The notes below the pieces were generated by a model, which was given only the letters and a program-made list of their open reading frames with translations, was not told the origin of the DNA and searched no databases. A DNA stretch of 64,000 nt from Oikopleura dioica (taxonomy: Eukaryota > Animalia > Chordata), in NCBI GenBank assembly GCA_907165135.1, contig OU015568.1, forward strand, positions 11,842,001 through 11,906,000. Reading direction: 5' to 3'. Below are positions 36,401-47,746 of the stretch, piece after piece. The number at the start of each line of letters is the position of its first letter. The first letter of the stretch is position 1. The translations under genes were made by a program, and so were the position numbers.

Positions 36401-39400
36401 GAAATCGATCAAGTCCGGTCTATGTCTGTGAATAATTGCATTGAGAGCAAGGCCATCTTTCCACGACTTCGTGAAATTCTTGACTTGCACATTCGGATAG
36501 CCCTTTGTCTTCATTTGAGACCAGAGTAGCAAGGCATCCTTGGCGCTCCTCCTCTCTTTGGAATCCTCGGTATCGATGACAATGTCTTGGATCTAAAAGA
36601 ATTTTCAAAAAAGGGAATTTCCACGTTCAAACAGCGGAATTCAGATTTTAACTAAGCCGAGTCAGTACTTGGACTCTAAACGGACAGGGAGGATTAAGGG
36701 AGCCACCGCCGAGGAAGGCCCTTTCTAGGTAAGGAAAAGGAACTGAGTGAAACTTGTAGAACATACTACTGAGACACGTTCTTGGGCGATGTTAGAAGAT
36801 TGCTATCTGTGATTGTAAAAATGATCTGACTAACAGACAGGAATCATTTAACAACGGTAGTCAGTTAATTCGAAAATTCTCCAGAACTAACCAAGATTAG
36901 CGCAGTTCTTAGGCGAAAGATACTAGCGACTAGATACTGATCGCTGTGAAATATACGTTTTGACAAGTACCAAAAAGAATCTCTAATTCAGTTTCCGCAA
37001 GGAATCGACCCCTTTCAAAATTCACGACCAGCTCAAATTAGACAACTGTGCATTTGGGGCGTCTCTGAGTGCAAGGATTTTCGGATGAAAAGCACTCTAC
37101 GAGAGTGAAACGGATGCGAAAACTCGGTTGACATGGTGAAGAAGGGGTTTTTGAATGAGAAGATTGTGAAATCAAAAGAATCTTCCAATAAATTTTATCA
37201 ATTTTTTTATTTGGTAATAAATATTTTCAAAATAAGTTTTTTTCTTCAGTATGTTTTGAAATTCATGATATTCGCTTATCATTTATGTCCCCAAAAGTTT
37301 GATGCAATCTCAAACTTGAACTTTTGAAATGTGAGTTTAGTATGCCCTGCGCTGTGAATTCCTATTTAGCCGCAACTTGTCCAGCGAAAGTGGCGAAAAT
37401 GTCGCTTTCCAACGTGCCGAGCCGCTCTCGTCCTACCCACTTCAATACTCCAAGAAGGAAACATGTGGATTTTTACGCATAATTGAAAAATTAGAAAAGA
37501 ACCAACTTCGCACTTTCATTAGAAGCGAGCTACTGTCTTAGTGAAACCCAATTTGCGGGTACGAGTTTCTCTTTGGATATTTTTGTAAGCTCAGAAGGCA
37601 TTAATCTGCTCCAGCGTGGATGGTTCCTGCCAAAAAGCCTCTTTTGGGCAGAGACAGCCCTTTTCGCGGCCAAGGGAGTAAGCATAAGTAAATAGTCTTT
37701 TGAAAATAGTAATTTTATGGAGAGGTTTTCGGTATTGAACAAAGTCAATCACAGCCTGTCCAGTTTTTCTGATATGAACTTTCTTCATAAAAAATCATGA
37801 ATCGATTCATTTATGGTATATTTTGGTAATGACGTAAATTTAACCCAGTGGGTTCTAAAAAGAAGACTCCTTAAAAAACCGCCAAGGAATGCGATGATAT
37901 TACTCAAAAGTTTGTTTACGTGACACAATGTAATTGAGGATGATCTCCTTTCCTAAACAGCGCAACTTGAGTGTGCGCAATTTTTTTTCAGGAAAATTGT
38001 GTTTTAGAGACGTTGTCAAAATAGACTCTTCCTTTTTGACTGTTCGAGAGCAAGAACTTTTTCTCATAATGCTGGTATGCATCCAAGGAAATTCGAAATT
38101 CAAAAATGGTGGAACGAGTTGTGTTTTTCTTCCGCCTTGGTAAATGAAATTCAAGCGCAACAGGGTGCCTTATCACAACCTGCAATTGAAGTTCTAAGCT
38201 AAATTTGACACGACTCTCACGAGTAATTAAATTTAACAGTTACCCACTATTATGACGTCCTCCCGTCTGAGTCAGCTCAAATACTGGAGTTCTCACCTGG
38301 AAACGAAGAATGATGGTCCAAATGAGTCCCAAAATGATCCTATGATTTCCGTCCACAATATCGTGATTTCCAATATTCTCCATGGGCACTTGTTTCTCCC
38401 TCAGAAAGTCAATAGCTCTTTGAACGTTCTCCATCGCGTGAATTCGCATGCGCCCTCTTGTGTTTGGAATTTTGAGATGCTCGCCAGAAAGCACGTGGAG
38501 AAGCCGGATCAGATTCTTTCCGTCGTACAGGTCTCTGTAAAGATTGTCGATCTTGACGCCTTGGGGATGGCGAGAAAGCTGCGAGTTGACCCATTTCGTG
38601 AAGGTTCGACCTTGGACGGCTTCCCGTTCGTCTGAAAAGATGTTAAACGATATCAGGCAAAGAAACATATGGAACTCCACATGACGTCGGACTTCCGACG
38701 AAGGAACTGAAGAATTGTTATGCACTGTAACATTTAAATTAAGTGAGAACATGAACGTGATGGATGGAATGCTGATACCTCGAAGATATTTTACGCGACC
38801 GCTGACGCGCGATTTTTTATCTGAACTTATTGTAATCCCCCTTTTCAATGGCGTCCACTTCCCGGGAAAATTCTAACTTGAACATAAGTTCCAAAAATCT
38901 TGTAAAACCAAGCGCTTTAAAACTCGAAAATGAAAGCCCATTTTTGAGCTCTCCTTTTTCCTGGAATACCAAAAGATAGGATTACTGTACCTCTCAATTT
39001 ATTGACTTGAGCATTTATCCCCTCTCCCGAGTCGTCATTTTCGTACAGAGCCGATGCCCGTTTGCCACGCCAGGCCATATTAGGGCTCGTTAAACTTCTA
39101 TTTGAACCCGTCTAATACTTTCGGATTCACGTAACGTAAATAAAAAATATACAATCGGGCGGTAACTCTCTCGGTAAGGCTCGCTAATTGTCCACACTCG
39201 GTCGGTTGCGCTGCTAAATCGTCCTCCCGCGCCGGTGATTATCTCGCCCGGGCATCATTGGTCAGCTTCTCTCTCGGTTGAGAAGAAAAATGACAGCAGG
39301 GAACGAGCAAGGTTGAGCTGGCCTCATGAGATTTGACCCCAAATATAATAAAAAGTATCCAATTATACAAATTTGCACCTGTCTCGAGAGAGAAGAGATC

Positions 39401-42400
39401 CCATCAACTTGATTACCGAAAACACTGACTGAGCCAAACAAAGCCTAACAGTCAGAAAACAGAGAGAATCCTCAAAGAAGAGAGGGAAAAAATATAACTT
39501 CTTTCAAGTTCAAAAACTTCCGCAAAAAAAGGCGCTGACCTAGAAAGAAAGAAACTTTAATTCTGAGTTTGCGAAATTCTTGTTGATGATGTGGCTGTGC
39601 TGTTGCGTCGAGGAGTCGGACAAAGATCGCGTTTATTGCATTTACTCCTCGAGTAACGAGCACTTTGCTTCTTGTAACGCGTTTTTATGAATCCTGAATG
39701 CAGCATTCACATTCGGGAAGGATCTGCTCCGGCCAGTGCTTCCCCATTTGGATCAATCAGGCAAACAGATACGGATTTTGAACTTGCTATCGAGCTCATA
39801 TTTACATTATAAATGCCATGAGGATATTCTAGGGCTCGTAAAGCCCTCAAGACTTTTAAATATTCTAATTTCCGCAAGCGAAGAAAAATTGTATCAATCA
39901 TCATTCGAATTGAAAACAATTTTGCCGGAATAAATGCAGAAGTTCATGAGCCACCAATCGATCTACTATTTGCCCGGTGTCAGAATTATTAATATTTGTT
40001 TTACGATCTGGAAAGTTCATGCATTATTAGACAGGTATTTAACTTTCCTAGTTTTAAAAGTCAAGGTTCGTGACTAGAATCTTCTGTTGAGGTCTATAAA
40101 TACAACTTTTTCAAAACAACATTCATTCTAACAGCATCGCAAATTCTTGCTGTCCAAAAATTATACCTCGTTTTCCGAAGACATGTTTTTCAAACACATC
40201 GCTCAACTGGCTACTTCCTCTTCCCAACGTCATCTCAAAATAATCATCATAAAATAATAAAGTCCTTATTTCTCATAATTTAAAACTCGATCATTTCAAT
40301 ATTCGCTCCTTGATATTGATTATAAAATAGACCAAGACCTGCAACATCGATCAGTCACAATACAGGCTCACACTACAACCTTCTCTCCTTTGAATGATAT
40401 TCATTCCCGCCGAATCCAATTTTGACAGTAATTAACGAGCCCAACTGTGTCTGCCTGAGAGCGGCGGCGCAACTGGACATTGGACGTTGTTGTCAACGAA
40501 GATTTTCTTCGGAGATGATTCAAAAATGAATTCAAAAAAATCTAAATCTGTGGAAAAAAAATAATGAACCATCCCTCATCGTGACGCCATTGGTCGAAGA
40601 AGTCGTCGACGAGGTCGTAACCGTCGTCATCGAAGCCTTCCTCGTCCCCTGATAAGATTGACCATTCATAATTTTCTTCTATTTTTATCTCTTATTTTGA
40701 GAATCAAGCCTCCATGAAAGTTTCAACTCTAATCAAAATCTCTCTCTGGGCAATAAAATCAAAGAATAAAGTTTCGATCTCTGCCGGCGAGGGGAGAGTC
40801 AGAAGATACAGAATTCTGAAATTTACTCTGTTTTACGTGAGGCTCTTTTGAGAGGCCGATTTTGTCGGCTCTGCGTAGAGCAAATAATTCCCGACGAACA
40901 ATTGAAAATGAAAAATTTCAACTTTCAAAGTCCTTAGATCGAGTTTCTTGAAAGATATTTAAGAGAAGAACTAAAGGACAACTGGGGGAGCAAACATCCG
41001 AGGCGAGATCCGGGCAAGAATAGGGAGAGATACCGAGAGTGACGAATGTTTGAACAGATCTTCACTTGATGGAAACATCCTTTGAACTTATTTTCGGGAG
41101 AATGTGGAGATGCAAATTTGAAGAGCGTAAAAATGCTAAGTGTGAAAAATATTGTTTCCGTCGAAAAAATAATGATCTGGCCCACTGACATGAAAACTCA
41201 GATAAATAACATTTCTTTAAAATGTGAAACGATGGCAGAAATGATCCGGAGTTGCCACAAATTTGGTACTTTGGGATTTCTTATCTTTTTTTGATAATGG
41301 CATTACGACTCTTTCCAAACAAAAGATAACTTGAATCTGCCTTGACATCAGAAATAAACTTTAGTTTTCCCCTCTTTCGTATAGTAAACAGCTTCGCGGA
41401 AAAATAATTGCAAGGGTAATCGAAGCGCTGAAAAGGGCGTGAAAGGATTTATCGGAAGATTTGCATGTAAACATTTGTGATTGAATTTTTTCACGCATCC
41501 TCCCTCGATTAGCCCGTCAAACCGGGCCACCCCCAGCTTCAGAATGTGATAATCGAGTGTTGCAATAAACGGGAGTGAAGAAAGACGGATGCAATAAAGA
41601 TTTTGTTACGAAATCGTGATTTGTAATAGTAAAATTCATTTGACATTTTTGAAGGTTATTTAATGCACCGCAAGCCTCTTGGGCGACCGCGCACCGGTCA
41701 ATTTCAAATTCCGCGCAATTGTCGATTCAAAAGCGATTCAAAGTCCCGTGTTTAAATTGATACGATTAGTTGTCTGAGTGGATCGGGGTTAGAAAGAAAC
41801 CACCTTGTGGTCCATTTTACACCCGACCGCGTCTAAAATCCCGCTAACTGTATCTTATGCCATTCACTTCATTCAGTACCTGGTTTTATACAGGAGGAGT
41901 CATGAACTTATGATGAAAATAAGTCACCTAATTTCGAGCAAGAAAAATATCTTCTAAACTGAGATTATTTATTTGAAATTAATAATGAAAAATGATGATG
42001 ATTTTTCCATCTCCGATATAAATGAAAATTACGCTAGAGCAAATAACCAGGCGTGAAACCGTAGTCATTTAGAAGAAATCTGCAAAAACAATAATCGTGC
42101 TAATTGCGCGTCAGCCAACTTTATTATCGTCCGGAACAAGTGAGTCCTGACGGAGACACGAGTCTTTCACTTTGGGTTTTCTTTGGAAATCGAGCAAACT
42201 CGCGCTGTCCGCCAAGTGTAACAACAGTTGTGGACGTTTATTCGTTTTTGGTGCAAAAAATGGATGACCCCGGATAAGAGACCGGGGCGACTTTCACGTG
42301 CCAAAATATTGAGACTGGAAGGGGCGAAGGAAGGGATCAACTAACGCTGATCAATTTGAAACTATTTAAACTCGGCTCAACTGATGCTAATCATGAATCA

Positions 42401-43367
42401 CAATTGGTGATCAGGAAGATTTCTTATGAAGAGAAACTTGACCTTGAATCTTCCTTTTCTCCAAAGAAAATTTGGTGCCAGCTCATTTTTGACCGTCATG
42501 GGAAACTAACTCTTCATGCTACATTTAGACAAAAAGAGAGTCGCAATGGAAAAAAGTTTAAACAAATGATTCCATCATCACGTTTTACTCGCCAGATCTG
42601 TATACAATCGCATGTATCAAAGCTTGTTCTACAAGAAGTACGAGTACTCTTTTTCTTCTCAGCTCGGTTTTTGGGTAAACTGATCCAAAAAAATCTTACG
42701 TGAGAGCAAGTTAAAATTAGCGTTCTCAAAGTTCGTTCTAAGGTTCAGTCTGGGTCCTTTTAATTACTTCCTCATGTGTGCATTTTGACTTGGTCAGTTG
42801 CGCTTCAAGATAGTTTGTAATTACGGTCAAAAATCGGACGAGAAACTTGACCATTATTGCAAAGCAAAAGATTTTCATGACCGCTATTTTTGTCTAAAAC
42901 GCCAGGTCAAACATTTTTATGGTGACCATGAAAGAGGGATTACAATCATTCTTCAAGAACAATTGATGATGATTTTGATTTTGGAGGTCCAAAATGATTG
43001 GGAAAATCTCGCGAATTGACTGTACCTTGTAGTTGTTTTATGCGCTCAACTTCAAAGTGGGAGGCTTCTCCTTCTGTATCTTGGGTTCTTTCCCATCTCG
43101 AGTCCTGAATACATACAGTTATGCTAATGAGAAAGCTTGACAAAAAGCTAATGATAACCGATTCTAATAATTATGGGAAAGGATTTACGAAAATCGGAAG
43201 TGAGCCAATCAGTATCGCTAATCCTTTCTTTCGTTTATTGATAAAAATCTGAGAACAAAGTCTGAGAAAGAGTGGTGCCCAGTCCTGCCTACCTTGAAAT
43301 CTGGAAATACGTATTCCCGCTCTGCGGTAGAAATAATCGAATCGTTGAGTTCTGCTGTCGTGTCCAT
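12312..43367 (-). CDS. SPTBN1: Beta-spectrin (conventional, SPTBN1/SPTB-type): CH1-CH2, spectrin repeats, PH domain
   Basis: [19 protein letters not shown]...[11 protein letters not shown]...[12 protein letters not shown] (CH1), [14 protein letters not shown]...[19 protein letters not shown] (CH2), ordered spectrin-repeat exons across 14000-36100, PH strands ([27 protein letters not shown]) and C-terminus [10 protein letters not shown]. The symbol denotes the ortholog group, not a one-to-one ortholog. Confidence 0.95.
12680..13146. mobile_element. Merlin-like MITE, 467 bp, with inward-facing arrays of GACTAGGTTCGTG
   Basis: 8-bp direct repeat CAATACGA at 12672-12679 and 13147-13154; degenerate 22-bp TIR (17/22 match); 4 forward and ~7 reverse motif copies; near-perfect ~48-bp inverted segment (12790-12840 / 12943-12991). 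Superfamily call is inference from TSD length and a G/GG start. Confidence 0.7.
13188..13763 (-). CDS. Beta-spectrin PH-domain exons
   Basis: Exons 13585-13763, 13382-13488 and ~13188-13305 encode PH-like strands and the terminal W-containing helix; one acceptor is uncertain. Confidence 0.75.
17297..18358 (+). CDS. Secreted phospholipase A2-like protein lacking the catalytic His-Asp, with a Cys-Cys-rich tail; nested antisense in a spectrin intron; 5' end undefined
   Basis: YYGCWCF...[20 protein letters not shown] and [14 protein letters not shown] match the sPLA2 Cys scaffold. Exons ~17297-17772, ~17870-18006, ~18048-18170 and ~18241-18358 join in frame; the tail reads ACCG...FPY...[18 protein letters not shown]...VC*. 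Confidence 0.8.
20013..20187. repeat. Small hairpin-rich dispersed repeat
   Basis: 14-bp palindrome TGACTCATGAGTCA; 11-bp inverted pair TGAGTCAGGGT/ACCCTGACTCA (20020-20030 / 20149-20159); two internal hairpins AGCCGC-T(C/T)C-GCGGCT; 20149-20187 matches 45641-45679 at 35/39. Confidence 0.55.
21568..21640 (-). tRNA. tRNA-Arg-ACG: tRNA-Arg (ACG)
   Basis: 73-nt cloverleaf GGTCTTGTGGCGCAATGGATAACGCG TCTGC-CTACGGA-GCAGA ... GGTTCGAGTCC; intronic in spectrin. Confidence 0.95.
21692..22344. mobile_element. MITE, 653 bp, TTAA TSD, Kolobok-like
   Basis: Perfect 18-bp TIR GGAGGTAGATATCAAGAA; TTAA on both sides (21688-21691, 22345-22348). Confidence 0.9.
26435..27020 (-). CDS. Beta-spectrin repeat exon
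   Basis: Track ORF 26435..26956 with spectrin-repeat periodicity ([24 protein letters not shown]); boundaries approximate. Confidence 0.85.
27855..27927 (+). tRNA. tRNA-Lys-CTT: tRNA-Lys (CTT), copy 1
   Basis: 73-nt cloverleaf, anticodon arm TTGGA-CTCTTAA-TCCAA, intact A and B boxes, TTTT terminator at 27931. Confidence 0.93.
27979..28051 (-). tRNA. tRNA-Lys-CTT: tRNA-Lys (CTT), copy 2
   Basis: Exact reverse complement of copy 1. Confidence 0.93.
30026..30929 (-). CDS. Beta-spectrin long repeat exon
   Basis: Track ORF 29948..30847 extended to the acceptor at 30930-30931; spectrin-repeat motifs ([19 protein letters not shown]). Confidence 0.88.
30980..31052 (-). tRNA. tRNA-Lys-CTT: tRNA-Lys (CTT), copy 3
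   Basis: Identical 73-nt body, unrelated flanks, own TTTT terminator; intronic in spectrin. Confidence 0.93.
35440..36592 (-). CDS. Beta-spectrin CH2 and repeat 1-2 exons
   Basis: Exon 36322-36592 (IQDIVIDTE...AEYL), exon starting at 36092 ([11 protein letters not shown]...YVVSYYHYF), then [10 protein letters not shown] exon. Confidence 0.92.
38297..38631 (-). CDS. Beta-spectrin CH1 exon
   Basis: Acceptor ttttcag (38632-38633), phase 1, donor CAG|gtgaga; canonical actinin-type CH1 sequence. Confidence 0.95.
38991..39078 (-). CDS. Beta-spectrin proximal alternative first coding exon
   Basis: [29 protein letters not shown] plus a phase-1 donor AG|gtacag that matches the CH1 acceptor phase. 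Confidence 0.65.
42356..43019 (+). CDS. Candidate nested antisense gene in a spectrin 5' intron
   Basis: Two adjacent same-strand track ORFs (115 and 73 aa) with a plausible phase-0 donor GAA|gtacga (~42637) and acceptor gtcag|ttg (42797); no start or homology recognised. Confidence 0.3.
43026..43367 (-). CDS. Beta-spectrin distal first coding exons (43293-43367, 43026-43104)
   Basis: [25 protein letters not shown]|[26 protein letters not shown] plus a phase-1 donor; resembles the conserved RW...FERSRIKAL-DERE N-terminus. Confidence 0.8.
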
Positions 43368-43451
43368 CTCTAAATGACAACTAAGTTGTTTTCAAGTTGA
43401 AAAAAACTAAATTCGAATTTCGTTGAAAAATGCTCCGATTCTTTCGATTAA

Positions 43452-43560
43452 GGGGGGTCGTCAATATCGGGCTTACTGAAAAACAAAAAAAGCGGTGAAA
43501 CCCGATTGGATGAGAAAAATTCAAAATTACTCTGAAAATCCATATTGACGACCCCCCCTC
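43452..43560. mobile_element. Tiny TTAA-flanked MITE or internal-deletion derivative, 109 bp
   Basis: GGGGGGTCGTCAATAT ... ATATTGACGACCCCCCCTC with TTAA on both sides (43448-43451, 43561-43564). Confidence 0.8.
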
Positions 43561-45502
43561 TTAAGATCCAGATGGCAAATAAGAAAGTGAGCTTTTGACC
43601 CGTTGGAATTCAAAATAATTTTTACCATAATTTATGGCCCATAAATAGAACTTTTTCTTCCGGAATCACACTAAATCTCCTCTAAGTTGAATTTTGAAAA
43701 AAAAGCTCAATCACAGTCAAAATTAATAAAAAAAAAAGATGACTCCTCCGGCGAGTGTCGCCTTTCAATGCTTCCTCCAGTCGGCTTTGTTCGCTAAAAA
43801 GCCAAAAACTCAAGTTGAAGGTCAAGTAAACTGTAATACCACGCTTCTTGAAATCACAGTAATCTGCTTTTTCTTTCTTTTTCAGTAATTAAGAAGGGTG
43901 AGATCAAAGGCGCGAAATACAAAGCTCTTCAGATTGTCTTCTGCTTTGGGTAAGAACATAATGATCGAAAACGTATCGCGTGCCGAGATTAGGCGCCGCT
44001 GACTTGTTCACCGATAGCACCCTTAATTCGGATTCTAACGGTAAAATAAGCGGATCAGATATTTAACCTTCCGTCGGAAGATATTTTGAACTTACTGACA
44101 AACTGCCAATTCGGACCTTTTTCCCGTGTTCAAAATTTATCAAAACCTTAAATTTATCCGCAGAAATCCGAGGTTTCTTCAAAAAACAAATCGAAAAAGG
44201 CAAAATTACGCCAGTGGGTTAAAAAATGAGCCCTTGAAATTCGAACACGGTCCTTTTTCTTCACTCATCTTGCTTGATCTTACTTTCAATTTTCTACATA
44301 TTCGAGTTTATCTCTAACTTCTCTAAATTTATGAGCAAAAAGTGCGCAAAAATGCAATCAACTTTACTGCATCTCGGGGTTTACGACTTTTTCGCCGGAG
44401 CAAGAGAGGCGATTTGATGTGATTCACCTTTTCGAAATAACATTCAGCTTATTTCATTCACACGATCCTCTAGTTTTATCCTCTTTGAGTAAGATTTTGA
44501 TCGTATAAATTTGAACTTGATCAATTTTTGATTCTTTCGATACAAATTCAATAAAAGGAAGTGGGAGGCATAAGGAAAGATAAGATATTGATCCAATGGA
44601 TCATCCTGCAATTTTTTTCTACTGAATAAAATAGGGGGTACTGATTCGAGTTTCTTATTGGTTCGAAAATCAAGCAACTCAAAGATGACTCCATTTTTTT
44701 AATAAGCATACCATCCTCTTAATGAGCACCTAAACACCACAAAAATACACTCGCGCACGCGAATAGTTTCTGTTTCAAATATCCATCGAGGATGGCCTCT
44801 TATCACAGAAAAATGAGCTTACTTCTGATCGAAAAAATAGCGAAAACATTCTTGGGCAGCGTGGTGTCCTGATCGATTGCTCGATCAGCGGCTTTTTCGA
44901 CAGAGCGACACGTTAAAAATTTTCAAATGAACCGAAATTCATAACTCTCTGTTACCGGTAAAAAAATGAATAAGGGTGAACCGTATGCACTTGTTTATCT
45001 GCTGCATAAATAATCTTTCCAAGCGCGCGCGACATCATAAAAGGGATGAACATTGGAGAATCAGTACTAACCTCAAAACACAAATTGCATCTAAATAAAA
45101 ACCGAAAAGTATCCGATTGTAATAAAGAAATCCCAGCGGCCTCTCTTTTAATCTTTCCTCTTTCTCGTTTTCTGCTTTTTAACTTGGCCTCGAGACCTTT
45201 TTCTGCAAGTTGAGCGCGAGGTTGAAAATTCTATTAATTTTTATTAACAAGAAATTTTTGATGCGAAATAGAACTCGCTACCCCTGACAAAATCCAGACT
45301 TTAACTCGGAGTTGGTAGTTTGTTTATTTCGAATGAGACAAAACAGCTGAGAGCGTCATCTGGCGCAGTATCAGAAATACCGGTAATATAGGTAATCGGA
45401 ACTTTAGCTCGGCAGGTTGCGTCACTACCGCTTCGCTGAGGCCCGAAATCGGTCAAGGGGATAACACAATATCGTAAATCAATAAAATAGGCTGCCGGGG
45501 GT

Positions 45503-45569
45503 TTTGCCTGAGCGGGGGTTCGACCTGGCGTCGGATTTACCTGGCAGGTCAAACCCCCGTTCAGGCAAA
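45503..45569. ncRNA. Isolated 67-nt stem-loop of pre-miRNA size (candidate only)
   Basis: 25-bp stem TTTGCCTGAGCGGGGGTTCGACCTG / CAGGTCAAACCCCCGTTCAGGCAAA with one G-U and one mismatch; 17-nt loop. Confidence 0.3.
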
Positions 45570-45640
45570 TCAATTTTCGCATCAAATTTCGTACTTTGAG
45601 AAAAAACAATTTTTCGTTTTTTTCACAAAATATTTTTCAG

Positions 45641-45679
45641 ACCCTGACTCAGGTTATCTACACAAGTTTCTGAGCCCAG
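45641..45679 (+). repeat. Second copy of the 20149-20187 repeat end
   Basis: 35/39 identity by manual alignment. Confidence 0.6.
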
Positions 45680-46489
45680 TCAGAAATCATCAGAGGTGCA
45701 CCCTTGAATTAAGGGCCGCCGTATTATCATTCGGCTGAATACATCGACGTGGAAAATCAGTAGCTGCTGTAAAAAGACAGTCTTCGAGCAAATAAAAAAA
45801 AATGTTTTTCGCTCTACGTAGCGTAACAAATTAGCCCGTTCGGGGCTACTTTATGAACTAAACCAGACTTACGCTCGTGGAAAAATAACATTTTAACCGG
45901 CTTAGGGGCGAAAGTACTGATACTCTTCTAAGGGATCAACTCGGCGCGGCTAAACATCTACTCTCTTTCGAATAACGTAAGAATCAAATCAAGTTAGAAT
46001 CAAAATACACAGTCATTCAATAGAAGAGTTCAAAAATCCTGCGTTTTCAAGTCCAATCATGAATACGAAAATGACATTAAGACAAATTAAAAATTATGAA
46101 GCTCGGGGTAAATAGCAAAAGGCGTTGAATTTATTTTTGATTGGTCTGAAACGGAAGTTCTAATGATCAACGTGATGCATGTTTCTAAACGCTCTCTTTA
46201 GCGGAACTCACCGGAGCGAAGTACAAATCGCTTCCCCCAATCGGGACTAAGTGTTTTTTTAAACACAGAGATTTTCGAAATTTTGCAGCTCACAGAAATC
46301 GGCAAAAATTATGCAATACCCTCACATGACCTTTTTAATTATTCCAAATTGACGATTTTCAATTGGTACTAGAGGGTTGAAAAAGCCCGCAGAAAACCCT
46401 TTAAGTTCACCTTAATCGAAAAAAAGAAGAAAATAAATAAAAATATTAATCAATTTTTGATTAGTAACACGCGCCTCTGGCTAACTTAA

Positions 46490-47218
46490 GGGACCCGGGC
46501 GAGTAACGCGAAGGCCAACTTCACGCGCTCGCCATTGATCTTTCAGAAAAGCTTTTTTGAAATTTCTTTTTGCTAAACATATCTTCATTCCCTCAGCTTT
46601 CATCTCCCACTTTCAGACTCATGATTAATTCTTGAGCTAGAGTGAAAAAGAGAAGTTCAACTTCAAAAGGCATCAACTCCTGCAAACTTCATTTTATTGA
46701 CATGAAAGCAGCACCATTGAAAAGCCCATTAAATTCTGAACAGATCATACTTAATGCGCTAAGCTGAAACTGCAGTAATGAGCGATTAAGGCCAGATAAA
46801 CAAGAAAACTTGGTGCGGGCGCAGCGGGAATCATGTCCCGGGAGCCCAAAATAGCCCGATCGGAGTGTCCTGCCTTGCTGAGAGCGCTCAGTCTGTTTGT
46901 TTATCAGCGCGTTCAGGGCAATTAGTACAGTTCTAGCTTAGCGCATTAAGTATGATCTGTTCAGAATATAATGGGCTTTTCAATGGTGCTGCTTTCATGT
47001 CAATAAAATGAAGTTTGCAGGAGTTGATGCCTTTTGAAGTTGAACTTCTCTTTTTCACTCTAGCTCAAGAATTAATCATGATGTAAAAAGTCTGAAAGTA
47101 GGAGATGAAAGCTGAGGGAATGAAGATATGTTTAGCAAAAAGAAATTTCAAAAAAGCTTTTCTGAAAGATCAATGGCGAGCGCGTAAAGTTGGCCATCGC
47201 GTTACTCGCCCGGGTCCC
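46490..47218. mobile_element. Palindromic (foldback) MITE A, 729 bp, TTAA TSD
   Basis: Ends GGGACCCGGGCGAGTAACGCG; ~310-bp inverted arms, outer ~280 bp nearly identical apart from one short indel; ~100-nt centre; TTAA at 46486-46489 and 47219-47222. Confidence 0.92.
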
Positions 47219-47746
47219 TTAATCACCACTGTACCTGTACTTTAACAATCGATTTCCTTCTAACAGTCAACTTCTTATCTTCTTTCCGACCTCTCTACAT
47301 AATTCCTTATTCTCTATCCAGTTCTGTACTTGTTTGTTTAGCCAACTTCCTTTTTAGTACTCGGCAAAACAGAAAAATTAGGCCCGCCTGGAGGATCGTG
47401 CCTTGCGCCAATCGCTCCTCCTCCTTTTTTGATCAATCAATAGGAGAGGTCTCAGAAAAGGCGCGCCAACGGGAGAACCCGCTTTAGCCTGCGGCGCGTG
47501 CGTAGCGAGCTCCACACTTGCACCATTAATTATTCATAAAACCAGCTTATTGACGGCGGCTTATCGTTAATAATCGACTTCAGACTTCATTGAACTACTT
47601 GCGATGATCTGATACTTAATTTTCCTCCCTCCTTTCGACTGAAATTACCGTCGCCCTGAACTCTTTAGCAAAAGGGCGCCAGTAGATTCCCGCTGAGAGA
47701 GCGCAATAAATTCTTGAATAACAATGAACACTGTGGTAAATTTGTT

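Noticed and set aside
40440-40660. Coding-like low-complexity blocks (MTTVTTSS..., RRKSSL...) as extra spectrin first exons
   Set aside because: I could not build a convincing start-to-donor model; it remains unsupported without transcripts.
43740-43955. Two exon-like blocks on the plus strand (...IKKGEIKGAKYKALQIVFCFG)
   Set aside because: Good splice signals but no start, continuation or homology could be identified.
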